Source: Eutreptiella sp. 'Long Island Sound 2002' (taxonomy: Eukaryota; Protista; Euglenida). From it: a stretch of 64,000 bases of DNA. Positions 11,070-22,734 of the stretch are shown here, piece by piece. The DNA is taken from positions 56,420,001-56,484,000 of the forward strand of contig OZ038379.1 of assembly GCA_964036045.1 (NCBI GenBank), read 5' to 3'. Each line of letters starts with the position of its first letter. Positions within the stretch are counted from its first letter, which is position 1. The notes below the pieces were generated by a model that was given only the letters and a program-made list of their open reading frames with translations, did no database searches and had not been told where the DNA came from. The translations under genes were made by a program, and so were the position numbers.

Positions 11070-14000
11070 CCGCACGAAAATTGATAATCCTGGCCGCCAC
11101 CACTAGGCCGCCGAGGAGAGTTTCCGTGTGCATTGTGCGGAACGTTTTCGGGCACTGTTCCCCAGTGCATCTGCGTGTGCGGTCAATGTGGCAGAGAAGA
11201 GCACTATGTTCATTGGGGGTGAGGGCATGGACCTTGGTGTACCTATCACCGACGCGGTGGCAACCATTTTGTCACGCTTGGTGGAGGTATACATTGGCCT
11301 CCGCATGTGCACATCCATCCGTGCAATCAGTGAACGCATTCTTGTGCATTGTGCGTTGACCTCCGAACCGGGCCATCATGCCTCTCGACGATGGATAGTT
11401 GAGATGGCCATGGTCGCAATGCATGGTGCCATGCAAGATGGTGTGTCAGAGACCCTGCAAAGGGCATTGTTCATTGCCTTGTTGTTGGATGGATCTGACC
11501 GGCAACGGCATCGCATCAATGAGTATGCCATCATGCTCCTCTTCCTAGGCACTAGGCAAGCGGGAATGTGTGAGGTGTTCCTTGGTGTGGTGGATGTGGT
11601 GCGAGGGGAGGCACAAGAGGTGACGGCACAGGTGGAGGCAGTGCTGCTGTCATGGATGCCTGACCGTGCCTGGTGGGCTCAGAAGGTCGTGGTTTTTGCT
11701 CTGGATGGCGCCTCTAACCTTGGTGTGCGTGGTGCCACTGCACGACAAGCTGTTGATGTGTCGGCAATGGAGTACAATACGTTTGCCATGCTTGTGAAGT
11801 GGTTGTCCTTGCTAGCCCCCCCGGGTGAGCCATGCCATGTGGTCCAGCGCAAGCTAGGCCTTGCCTTTGAGGCTGCCGGCCAAATGCATGGTGACTACCC
11901 GGCAGCTGTGCGTCGGCAACGTGCATTGTACAACGGTGCGCGCCAGTGGAAGGACCTCGGGAGGTGTGTCCAAAAGCACAGCAGACCCGATACACTTAGC
12001 GGGTTGCGTTTGATCCCTGCCAGTCACCGTATCCGGTGGTCCGAGGCAAATGCCCGTCGCAACAAGGTGTTCTTGGCCAATGTGCCATGGGTGGCGAGGC
12101 ATTTGGATTCCAAAATGCACCTCACCACCAAGGAGGAGGATGTGTGGGAGGATTGCCACGATGCAGGTTTGCTGTCACGGGCAGTGGTATATGGAGACAT
12201 ACTACACGGCACACGCAGCTTCAACAATGTTGCACAGTTGCATGCACCAACAGGTGCCCACTTGACCAAGGCACCCGAAATGTTACAGGCACGGGTGGAA
12301 ACGGTGGCGAGGGAGGAGGGGCCAGGGTGGACTCAAGTCAAAGTGCAAATTGTGACGGGTGCATGGCATGGCGTTGAATTGGTCCGGTTTGATACCGATG
12401 ACCAGAGCCGCACAACCAGCCCCCCTTTTCTAGCCACAAAGGCACATGCAGCCACAGACACATTGCTTGCTGGCATCAGGGAGGGACAGGGGACCATTGA
12501 TCCCTAGGGTGTTCTTGAGTGTGCTGTGTTGCTTGACCATGGCCGTTGCCTCGCTCTACCTGCGGCTGATCGAGCCACATTTGGAGCGGATCTGCTGAAG
12601 CAGTTCATGGGCACACACCACGGTGAACAGGCAGCTGCGCATGTTAGTGCTGCTCGTGCATTGGAAGATTGGGAATCCTTCAAGGAGCATGTCGTTCAAA
12701 CCTTTGCCAAGACCCCCATGTCCCGGATGTGGGAGGCCTTGACGCCGGAGCGGGAGCATCTCCAATGGGTGAATGGTTGGCGTGTTCTGTCACTGCTGCG
12801 GACATATTGCCCTGCTGAGGCTGCTGTTGAGCGTGCCATTTCGTTGCGTGGGAGGTTCACAGGCAGAATGCATGATATGGAGGACACAGATGTCCTTAGC
12901 ATGTGCATGGCTCTGCATTGTAATTTGCCTTTGCGGCAATGGGTGAAGGGGCAGGGTGTCGAGGTAGCCCGCAAGCTGGCAGCCAATGCACGCTTTGATT
13001 TGCGTACCCGGCATGGGGTTTCGCAGCGCATCCATCCACGTACATCAGTGGAAGCGGCCACGCCGCAGTGCCTGGAGGGGGAGGCTACAGTGGCAGACGA
13101 TGGTGACATTTTGCCATCTTTTGGGGGTCGGAGGTGCCACTGGCTTGTCAAGGCGCCACAGGCAAACGACCAAGAAGCCCCGTCTGAGGACACTGACGAC
13201 ACTGTGGTCGAACAAGATGGTAGTCCTGCTCAGCATCGTGGCAACCATGATTTCTTCACTTTCCGAAGGGGCATTGACTGTGCAGTGTGCAGGCAGTCTT
13301 TGCGCATCTGGTGCAACACATGTCTGATTTGCCACACATGCTTTGCCAAAGATCCAAGACCGTGTGGTGAGGCAGTGGTGCAGGTTGTGGATGATGCAGC
13401 CGAGGCTGCTGAAAATAACAGTGAAGAGGAAGCAGTGGCACCACGGAAGTCCGACCCAAAGCGTGCCTTGGCCCGTGCAAAGGCCAATCTGGTATGTACC
13501 GCAAAGGCAGGCACATTGCGTGACTGGACACGTGCTCGCATGTGTGATTGCTTGGGTGCCATGGGTGTGAAGGTGACATATAACATGAACCGGCAACAAG
13601 CCCGAGACATTGCTATGCAACATGCATTGCCTTTGCTAGCCCAAATGGACTCTGATTGGGCCCCCCCAACGGATGGTGTTACCCGTTCTGCTGCACCACC
13701 CAGCAGCTCACAACCATGTTCCCAAGTGCCGGTGGATGACATGGACGGACTCATTGATGAATGAGACGGTTGGGGTTGCAGTGATATTGTGCTTTTGCAT
13801 GCTTGCTGTGCCAATCCCCATGGTACCCATGTTCTCCTTCTCTGCATGTCCATTCATACATTAGCAACCATAAGCATGAATTGTATTTTTCATTTTCTAT
13901 CCGATGTTGTGCTCTAACATTTTCCCATTTCCCTTGGTTTTCCCTTTTCCCACATTGTCCCCAACCCCCCATTTTCCAAGAGGTTTTGGTTTTTTTTTGG

Positions 14001-14195
14001 GGGGGGGGGGGCACTTGTGCCACTTTTTCCCCAGAATTGCCTTTCCACATTTTCAAACCCTATATTTTCCCCAACCCAACCCATCATTTTCTTGAACTGA
14101 AGGGTTGTGTGTTTTGGGGGGGGGGGGGCTTGTATTAGACTTTTCCTAGTGTTCCCTTCTCCACATTTTCCATTCCAACCGATTTGCCCTAACCC

Positions 14196-14380
14196 ACCAT
14201 TTTCCTGAGGTGAAGTTCCTGTGTGTCTGTGGGGGGTGGGGTACTGCACTTTTATCACCATTTTCCTGTGAAGTTGCTGTGTGTCTTGCGGGGGGGGGGG
14301 GGGTCTGCACTATTATCACCATTTTCCTGAACTCAAGTTCCTGTGTGTGTGGGGGGGGGGGTGCACTTTTATCAGACTTT
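14196..14380. repeat. Three ~62-bp degenerate tandem units (ACCATTTTCCTG..AAGTT.CTGTGTGT..poly-G..TGCACT.TTATC)
   Basis: Direct reading. Confidence 0.7.
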
Positions 14381-14518
14381 TACTTGGATGTGCTCTAATG
14401 TGGGTCCGCAACACGACATACCAAATCAGACTTCAGACTTCAGACTTTATACCCATAGCTGCCACCCCCACCCTGGACATCAAGCAGCCCGGGGACCGAC
14501 GGCTGCATTGGTTGCCTA

Positions 14519-15721
14519 TTGCGGTTTCATGGTACGTCGAGGCATGAGGCCTCGTACGTCCATTGCACGGTTGGTGGCACCGCGAGCCCCAACCATCTAT
14601 CTAGTTGGTGGCTACTGGGGGGCAGTGAAAAGTGGGAGACCTTCTACGCGGCCTCCCAAGAAATTGATTTTGATGACGAGTTGCGCAAGGCGGCAACCGT
14701 AAGTTTTAAAGATGCGGAAGGGAACGATAGGCAGTCCCTTTTTTTTCTTTGTGCAGATGGGAAAGCACAGGTGCTCATGGCGGGCTGCCAAAACTGGAAG
14801 GCAGAATCCCCTGCTGCCACCGTGTGTTGGGTCTGCACGCGCAACCGTGCTGTTTGCCTTGCTACCTTTGGCACAGCAAGTGTGATAGACGGCAACTGCG
14901 AAGGGGCTGTTGCCATAGGTGCTATATATAGGACCATTACGAGTGATAGGCGAGTGCCTGATTATGGCCTCCATGGGGTCCTTCGTGTCTTGTTGTGTGG
15001 CATCAACATGACACGGGACCTAGTTGTACAATTGACTGGGAAGGCACCGGCCACTGTGGCACGCACCATGCTGCAACCGGTTCTAGATGAGGCACGGCTT
15101 GCAGCACGAACTTGCACCCGTGCCTCATTAAACAATGACAAGGCAAACAGCAAGGGGAAGGTGAGGATGGAGTGTGCTGCTGCCATCCATTTCATGCAGA
15201 GGAGGGGTTGGGAGAAGATAATAGATGCTTGCCTACAGCATCCTAGTGTGTGGCAGCATCAAGTAGAAGGAAAAAGTTGGGAGTCGGTGTGCAAAACGTG
15301 GTGGGATAATTTTGCAAGCACGTGTGTATACACGTGGCGTTCCGCATGGTTCTCCGAGGCCCACTTGGGGCGGCTCGGGAACCATAGCATAGCCGTGGGC
15401 ACCGCCCACAATGACCTCCAGTGGGGCAAACTTCTGTGGACGCATCTTTGGACCGACCACATGTATTATTTTGCAAAGAAGTGGAGAATCTTGTCAAAGT
15501 TCTCCTGCTTTGCCATGGGGGGAAGTCACCGAAGGCCGCAGCGCATGTTGCGCAACAGCGGGGGCCTAAGCCTCCTCCGGGGGAGACTAGGGGTGCAAGT
15601 GGTTGTGGACAACCGCACCATGGATGACAGCCTTTGGTCGCATGGGTGGGATGCGACCAAAAGGGCACCAAAAGGGCAAGGGCCCATGAGTGTACAAACG
15701 TACGCAAGCCCTACAAGATAA
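14519..15721 (+). pseudogene. RAG1/Transib-like DDE transposase core (copy b); predicted catalytic Glu reads Gly
   Basis: WWLLGGSEKWETF; FFLCADGKAQVLMAG...CWVC (cf. RAG1 GYD708EKLVREVEG...CTLC); VPDYGLHGVLR (cf. IDALHC); WTHLWTDH; FSCFAMGGSH (E962 position = G). Confidence 0.7.
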
Positions 15722-15917
15722 CGGCTTCTGACCGACATGCAGCACCTTCAGACTCTACAGCGGCGGTTCTGGTGTCGCAAGAAACGGACATGAGATCACA
15801 ACACCAACCCAGCCCATTGCTGCCCGTGGCCAGGGTGCGTGCAGGGGTGCAGTGGAGAGCCTACTACGGGTGTTAGGACAAATCAGGGGGCGCACACCGG
15901 TAACGTTTGTGTAAAAT

Positions 15918-15992
15918 CACGTGAATTCACGTGAAATTCGCACGAAATTCGTACAAAATTCGTGCGAAGTTCGTACGAATTCACTTGAATTC
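15918..15992. repeat. Subterminal-type array of CACGTGAATTC / CGAAATTCG motifs downstream of copy b
   Basis: Direct reading; quasi-palindromic units. Confidence 0.65.
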
Positions 15993-17353
15993 TTGCCTAT
16001 GCATCGGCTACAGGCTTGCGGGGTTTTGGCACCTCGCGTTAGGGGCGCGGTTTGGGCCTGTTGGATGCTTTTGGGGCGGCACCTTCATTGGATGATGCCT
16101 AATGAAGTGGGAACCCAAAATATGGCGTTTTCCTCCGAACCCCTCAAAAATCTGGTCGATTCGCGTGAATATTCGCGCCAGAATCAAACGGCCACTTATT
16201 CCCCGTTCACGAGGGGTACACGTTGTGATGTGGTCTCTGGGCACGTGACGCCGGATCCTGCCAGGGTGCTAGCTCGATTGCACGGTATTTTAGGGGCCTG
16301 GGCAGCTGAGGACGACCCTTGAATCCCGCGATCAGATATTCTCGAACTCAGGAGATGGGTGTCACTTAGGCTGCAAACACAGAAGCTTTGCTTTCACACC
16401 ACTATTGGGGACATGCCCCTGGAACCAGGGGTGCCGGCGGTGCAAGCCACATTTCCGGACAGAGGCTCATTGATCAGAACACGGAACCACACCCGCATGC
16501 GGGCGTTCGTGCTATGCCAGCCCAGGGGATACGTTGTACTGTGGGGGGGGGGGGGGTCACAAAACAAGCGGAAGCCACACGGGCGAATATGTCTTCAGAG
16601 CACCAACTGCTCCGTGCGATTGTGTGGCTATTGATGACAGTGCCAGGATGTGCGTAGCTAACTGTTTTCTGCTGGAATGCAGCTGTCCAAAACATACTCG
16701 CTTCGTCAGTGCAGGATGAGCTTTTACGTCCCAATGAGCTTATGCTAGGCAAAGCGCCCCAAGAGGCATGGGAGGGTGTGCACGCACAAAGGCAAGGCAG
16801 AGCGGTCGATGTGTCTCTGTGGCCGCTGCCAACAGCGGCGGAAAAGGCAGTGCAGGAGCTGTTGCAGGGCGCAATGGCAGAGGCCCTGCAGCGACTACAC
16901 ATCCAAATGGTGGTCGATTCAACCGTTGAGATTTTGTCAACGGCAGACACAGGTGCGGCCTCGGACTTTTCCTTGGGCTCGGAGCCGGGTGCAGAAGGGA
17001 AAGACGAACGGATGGACAGCCACTCGTCACAAGGTTCGTTGTCGTCAACAATAGTCATTAGTGAGTGAGGGGCAACCTGGTTGTTGGGCCAGTTTGGCCT
17101 TTGATCAGTATGATCACTTTCACTTGTTGGACTGTTTATGTTCCGGGGGGGGGGGGGGGGCACCCGTGCACAAGAGGCCAGCTCAATGAACCTCAGGGCG
17201 GAGAAAGAGAGAGGGCAAGCAGGGAACGATGGACAGGTAATGAACCGAGACAGAGAGGGACATGGTTGTTGGGGCAGTCCGGCCTTTGCTCAGTATGATC
17301 TGTTTCACATGTTCGTTTGTAGGATGTTACATAGAGTGCACAGTGTGCACAGT

Positions 17354-17660
17354 GAGTAACTGGAAATCAGGGCGGGGCGCGAAGTGAACATTGCGCAGAG
17401 CACAGAGAACACCGCTCAGGGTCCAGGGTCCGGGGTCAAGGGAGAAGAACACAGCATTCGGAGTGACGACCCTAGTCGAACAGGAGCGCAAAGAAAATGC
17501 ATGGTACATACATCCATACATACGTACATGAATACATACATACATACATACATACATACATACATACATACATACATACATACATACATACATACATACA
17601 TACATACATACATACATACATACATACATACATACATACATACATACATACATACATACA
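17354..17660 (+). mobile_element. Short retro-type element or 3' end terminating in (TACA)32
   Basis: (TACA)n at 17533-17660. 17460-17504 matches 28164-28208 at 39/45 nt, and both are followed by TACA repeats. Confidence 0.6.
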
Positions 17661-17687
17661 GGTGTCCTTTTATGCCCATGTCATGCT

Positions 17688-20600
17688 TTGCTCAGCAACA
17701 GCCGGTTTTGCTCATTAGCGGGCTTCGAGGGCACGGCCACTCGGACAGTGTTCAAGTTCAACATGGCAGCTCCATCTGAAGTGGGGCTGCATATCTATGA
17801 CGGGGAAGATGTCAACATGGATGATCCAGGGATGACCGACGCAGGCATGCTGAGTGCTGGGCAGTCCGCACAGGCCCTTTTGTTGACGCCAGTGGGGGGT
17901 ACCTCAGGATTGGATCACGATACCATCAAGTTGTCCATCCAGGCAATTTTACAGAGAATGACACAGGCCCAGGAGGGGCTGAAGAAGATGCACGAATGCG
18001 ATTATTCACAGGGGGATGCGAGCTCGCTCTCACAGGCTTAGGAAGCGGGCCGGGCGTATGCATGCGAGGTTCATCTATGCAAAGCATCGGCAGCCAAAAA
18101 GCTGCAGGATATGGATCTGCCGGCGTCGAGTTTCAAAACAGCGGTACAGCAGCTTTTCAAGGCGGAGTCACAGTACCGGGAGCTCGAACAGCAGCTGGTG
18201 CAACTACGATAGCAGGACGACGGTCTGGCGACGGAGCAGGGCGAGAAGACGGTCTGGCAGTGGACAAAAGTGCGAGATCAAGGTCTGCTGTTGCTTGATC
18301 AGGTCACGGCGCTATGTCTGTCCCCTGGGGACTAAGCTAAGATCAAGGCTGTGCTTAGTCGACAGGGCTCTGACATTGATGGTCAGCAGTCAACAATCGA
18401 TGCGCATCACCAAGTGCTGAAGTCCATGGCAGGGGCGTCTCAGGCCCCATTGTGTGGGCTTCTGCTCGATTGACGCACCTTGGGAAGCGAGAGCGGCCAG
18501 AAGATGGCTCTTCGAGCCAGGGGGAGCGAGAGTCCTTGTCCCAGGGTTCTGCATTCAACACTTCTGTGGTCGAGAGGGTCAAAGCGGCGCGTGAGCAGAT
18601 AGAGAACGCGTTGAAGCCAGCCAGTGGCACAACTATGAGCGACGGCGGCATAGAGCAAAGGCTGCTGTTATATCGATGGGAATCTGTCGGAACAATATTT
18701 CAGGAAGAGACCCTGTTCCCTTCTAAGCCAGAGAATTCGACCGTTCGATGGTCTGCGCTCAAGGAGTTCACTCGGGAGCAAATGAAGCAGCTGATGGCCC
18801 ACCAGACCATGGATGTGCTGGTGGTGGTAGCGGAGGAGGACATGGACGCCTTTCACAGGCAGGCCTCGCACCTGTGCTCCAAGGTGGAGTGCGGCAGAGT
18901 AGATGTTCTTATTCAACTCAAGGATGCTAAGCCCATGCTTCCGAATCTTGGCCCCAGGGTGGCGGACAAGATCCCGTGGCCAGTGCGCAGTGTGAGCACT
19001 GTTTCTCGGGCGTTCAAAATGAATGACGGGTCGTGCAAGGATTTCGCAGTGGCGTTATCTTTTCAGGAGGATAGGCAAGCCAAACTGTAGCCGCGATTTG
19101 GCCCTGCTATCTGCCTCATGGACCCATGAGAGTCGATCGGCCTTCGGCCGATAACCCTTCATCAGCCGGATGAGAACGAGCATGTCGTGCAAATAGGCAA
19201 CCGCATTATGCCACAAGTACTCAAAGCGATGGGTAAGAAAGGCTCCGAGTACGCCACTACGCAGGGTCGCACAAAGGGGCAGTCACGAGGGGTCATGCAG
19301 GGGGATGAACTGGAGTCCATGATACATAGTCTGGTGGACACGCCATGGTTCGCGGTGAGCACAGCGAAGGCACATACCGGCAGGGCGTTTTTGGATTGCC
19401 ATTTGGTGGCAGAATGCTTTCTGGTGGGGCCACAGAACGACGAGATCGCACCGAAGCTCTGGTCTATCATCTACAAAACGACAGCGGCGGCTCTCACATC
19501 GGGCTTTACAGATTTCCAAACGCAGGTGCTTAATGCATACAAGATTCGGCTGGGCGTTGCGACGGAAAAGGCAGCGGAGATGTGGCTGTCTGCGGTCCTT
19601 CCAGAGCTGGAGATGACCAGCATCCAGGTAAAGAACGAGAGGACACAACAGCGTTTATAGGAGACGGAGATGCCCTGAGCGATGGGTCGGTCGGGTCGGC
19701 GAGCTCTATGGCCGAGGGGGCCGACGAAATAATCATGTATGGCGTTCCCATATGGACAAAGGAAAGAGAGGTGCGCGAACTGGTGGAATCGGCATCGGCG
19801 GAGAACACACCGGAGCTGGAATGTGTTTGGAGGGCGCCGTTCACGCCTGGAGATGCCACACTCGTGGCCTGGCGCATTCGAGGACAGCACCTACAGCAGC
19901 TGGCTGGCTGCATCCTGCGCAAGAGTACCACAGGCGACAACATATACGTCATGTCGGGAAAGCAGTACGCGGCGGCACGGCAACGACACAGAGACGGGGC
20001 AAAGAAATCACAAAAGAAGAAATCTACATCGGAGCAGGCTTCGGAGCCGGTAGACAAGGTGTCCACATGGAAAACATATGCTGCTGCGGCGAGGTCTGGA
20101 GGCAAGGGAGGCGGCAAGAGAAATGGAGGGAAGTGGTAGTGCAGCCGGGGGTCGTTGGGCCAGACCGGCTGTGACACGGCCAATCGTGGCGATGACGCAC
20201 AACATTAACGGGTACGCTAGAGAAGAAATTTGCGACGGCAAGAAAACTATCCGTTATGAGCACCTGTTTGGAGCAGCCAAGAGGGCAGACGTAACGCTGA
20301 TTGGTTTGCAGGAGCATCATGCACGCGCATGGGGCTCATATGACACAATGATGTCCCAGTCGCTGACAAAGCGGGGGGGCCAGGCGGCAGTGCTGTCAGG
20401 GGGAAACCCAGGGGCGGCACTCTTCTGGCGCCAAGACAGGTGGGAGTGTGTGAGATCATTCTCCATCACACAGCGAGCGGTAGGGGCTCTGCTCCGTGAC
20501 AAGGGCGGCGAGACTTCGCTGACGATCTCAGTGCATTTTCCTAATGAGCCTGAGCTGCAGCAGCAGCTGTGGGACTGGTTAGCGGCGGACGCAGGAGCTT

Positions 20601-21410
20601 CGAGGCTTTCCAGTTTCTTTTGCTGTCCGATCACAACTCTATCCTTCTGCCGATGGAAGATGATCTGAACGTATGGAAAGGAGGACCACCAGTAGTGGAA
20701 TCACAGAGGATTAAAGGAGCGCGCACGGCGGAGGCGCGGGTCATGAGTCGACTAGGGCTGCTGGATACATGGCGTCACATTTACGATGACGTGGATGACG
20801 AGGTGGCGGTGGGAGCCACACGCGGCCACCGTCGAATCGACAGAATCTTGTTGTCGTCCAGCTACGGAGCGCTGTCACCAACACTGTTCTCGTTGCTGAC
20901 TACGCTTTTGGTGGATGACTTGCAAAAGAAGTGTCCACAGGCAGTACCCTATCTCTACGCGGACGATACACCAATTTGGATTCCAGGCGGGCGCAGACAG
21001 GCGCTTGCCAGGCTGAAGCGCGTCACAGAGGTGCTGTACAAATATTCCCTGGTCTCAGGGTACAAGCTGAATATGCACAAGTGCAAATGATTACCACAAC
21101 GGTGCTCTTTCGAGGGGACGGATTTGAACAAAACGGGAGAGCATCAGGGCATTAAAGTGGTTCAGTGGGTGGACTATTTGGGCACGTGGCTGGGCCATGT
21201 CACATTTGACGATCAATTCGCGAAACCGCTGAGGGCGTTTCGCGACAAGACGGCGTTCATCGCCACGCTACCGCTTACCTTGGCACAAAAAGTGGAGACC
21301 TGAGGGTGTGGGCTTTTCCGACCCTATTCTACGTAGCCACGCTCTTCTACCCTACGGATGTCGTGCGTCGACAGCTAGACGCAAGCATGCGATGGGCACT
21401 ACCCTTGGTA
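17688..21410 (+). mobile_element. Degenerate L1/Tx1-like LINE: ORF1 (coiled-coil, RRM-like), APE endonuclease, internally deleted RT; cut at 21410
   Basis: EN motifs THNING, IGLQEH, SVHFPN, RIDRIL. RT motifs ALSPTLF, YADD, SGYKLNMHKCK, DYLG and thumb PLTLAQK..LRVW. EN is fused directly to RT domain 4 near 20865. Confidence 0.85.
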
Positions 21411-21877
21411 CACGCTAGAATACTCAATCTCGTTCTAGCCTAGAACAGGCTAGAGAGGCTAGAACGAAAAAAAGAGGGGGATACCCCCCCCCGCAGGGGG
21501 GGGGGGATGAGGTGTCCAACCTGGACCCCCCTATCCATACTCGGGGGCCCATACTTTTTTTTAACAATTTCACTGTTTTCACTTGATTTTGGAGTCCAAA
21601 AAATTTTCGTTCTAGCGGCGTTCTGGCGACGTTCTAGCGAGCGTTCTAGAACGCCGCTACAACGCTGCTGGAACGGTTCGCTACAACGCCGCTAGAACGA
21701 TATATATGAATGCTCCGCCACTCCTCAAAGAGAAGCTGCCCCGGCTACCATGGCCAGCCGTGGCCAATCACAGGGTCCCGATGCTGGACCCGACTCACAG
21801 AGCGCCGGTTCCCCCCCCTCCCACCCTCCGGTCAGCCCGGTTAGTCCCCCACCGCACCCCATAGGTCACTTGGAAGG

Positions 21878-22701
21878 TCACTTGGCGGGCCGGCGCCGGT
21901 TCACGTGCTGGTGGGTTAGCCCGATTAGCCCGGTTAGCCCGATTAGCCCCCCTGCCCCCCCAGGCCCCCATTCGCGAGTCGCGACACGCAGGTTACCCCT
22001 CCTACGTGGTGGGGGGTTGCCGGGGCTCATCCTTGCTCCCGGCACCCCCCTTCTCACCCCCACCCCCCGTGTCCCCTTCCTTCTCACCCCCCTTGTCACC
22101 CCTCGCCTCACCCCCCTTGTCACCCCCCTCCCCCTTGTCACCACCCTCGTCTTCCTCGTCGTCCCTGTCATCCCCGTCGTCCCCGTCTTCCCCGGCCTCC
22201 AAGGCCTCCCGGAGGTGGGCCTCCGCTTCCTCCCGGCTGAGGAAGAGGAGGTCCCCCGCCACCCGGAAGGTGCCCCCCTCTTTCTCCCGCTTCCTCTTCT
22301 TCCCCTTCTTCCCCTCCTTCCCCCCCTCCCCCTCCCCATTGGACCCTTGCGACACCACGCACCACTCCCCCGGGTCCAACTCCTCATCCCAATCCCCCAA
22401 ACACCGTCACCTGGCTGACGGTCCTCCCATTGCGCCCCTCCGCCCAAGGGGCATACCGGGTGTCCCCCACACCCGGCACATTCCCATAGGGGTCCCGGCC
22501 CCTTTCTTGCATAGGGGGGGGCTGGGGTTTGGGGTGGGGGGGTGGCTTTGCCCTTGCCCCTGGCATGCGGCTTGGCCTTGGGCTTGGGTTTGGGGGGGGG
22601 GGTCTTCTTCGTCGCATCTCTCGAAGTGGCGGGGTATTTTCTTGGGGGCCTTGGGGGGGGTTTGGGAGCCTTGGGGGGGGGTGTCTTCCCCCCGCTGCTG
22701 G

Positions 22702-22734
<33 letters not shown>

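Larger units (their letters stand above)
9335..13764 (+). pseudogene. hAT-superfamily (ZNF862-like) transposase with N-terminal TTF/BED-like Zn finger and C-terminal Cys-rich extension; split by a MITE and two TAG stops
   Basis: CICC...WRKDVLEGH; FIALLLDGSD, VVFALDGAS, PCH, RIRWS; CPAEAAVERAIS (dimerisation motif with catalytic E). Removing 10283-11070 joins 9335-10282 in frame to 11071-12507, and 12526-13764 is in the same frame. Confidence 0.8.

Noticed and set aside
10278-11070. Euglenid-type non-conventional intron
   Set aside because: It is frame-neutral with paired ends, but no register gives the purine exon borders plus the +4 CAG / -8 CTG pairing; a MITE is simpler.
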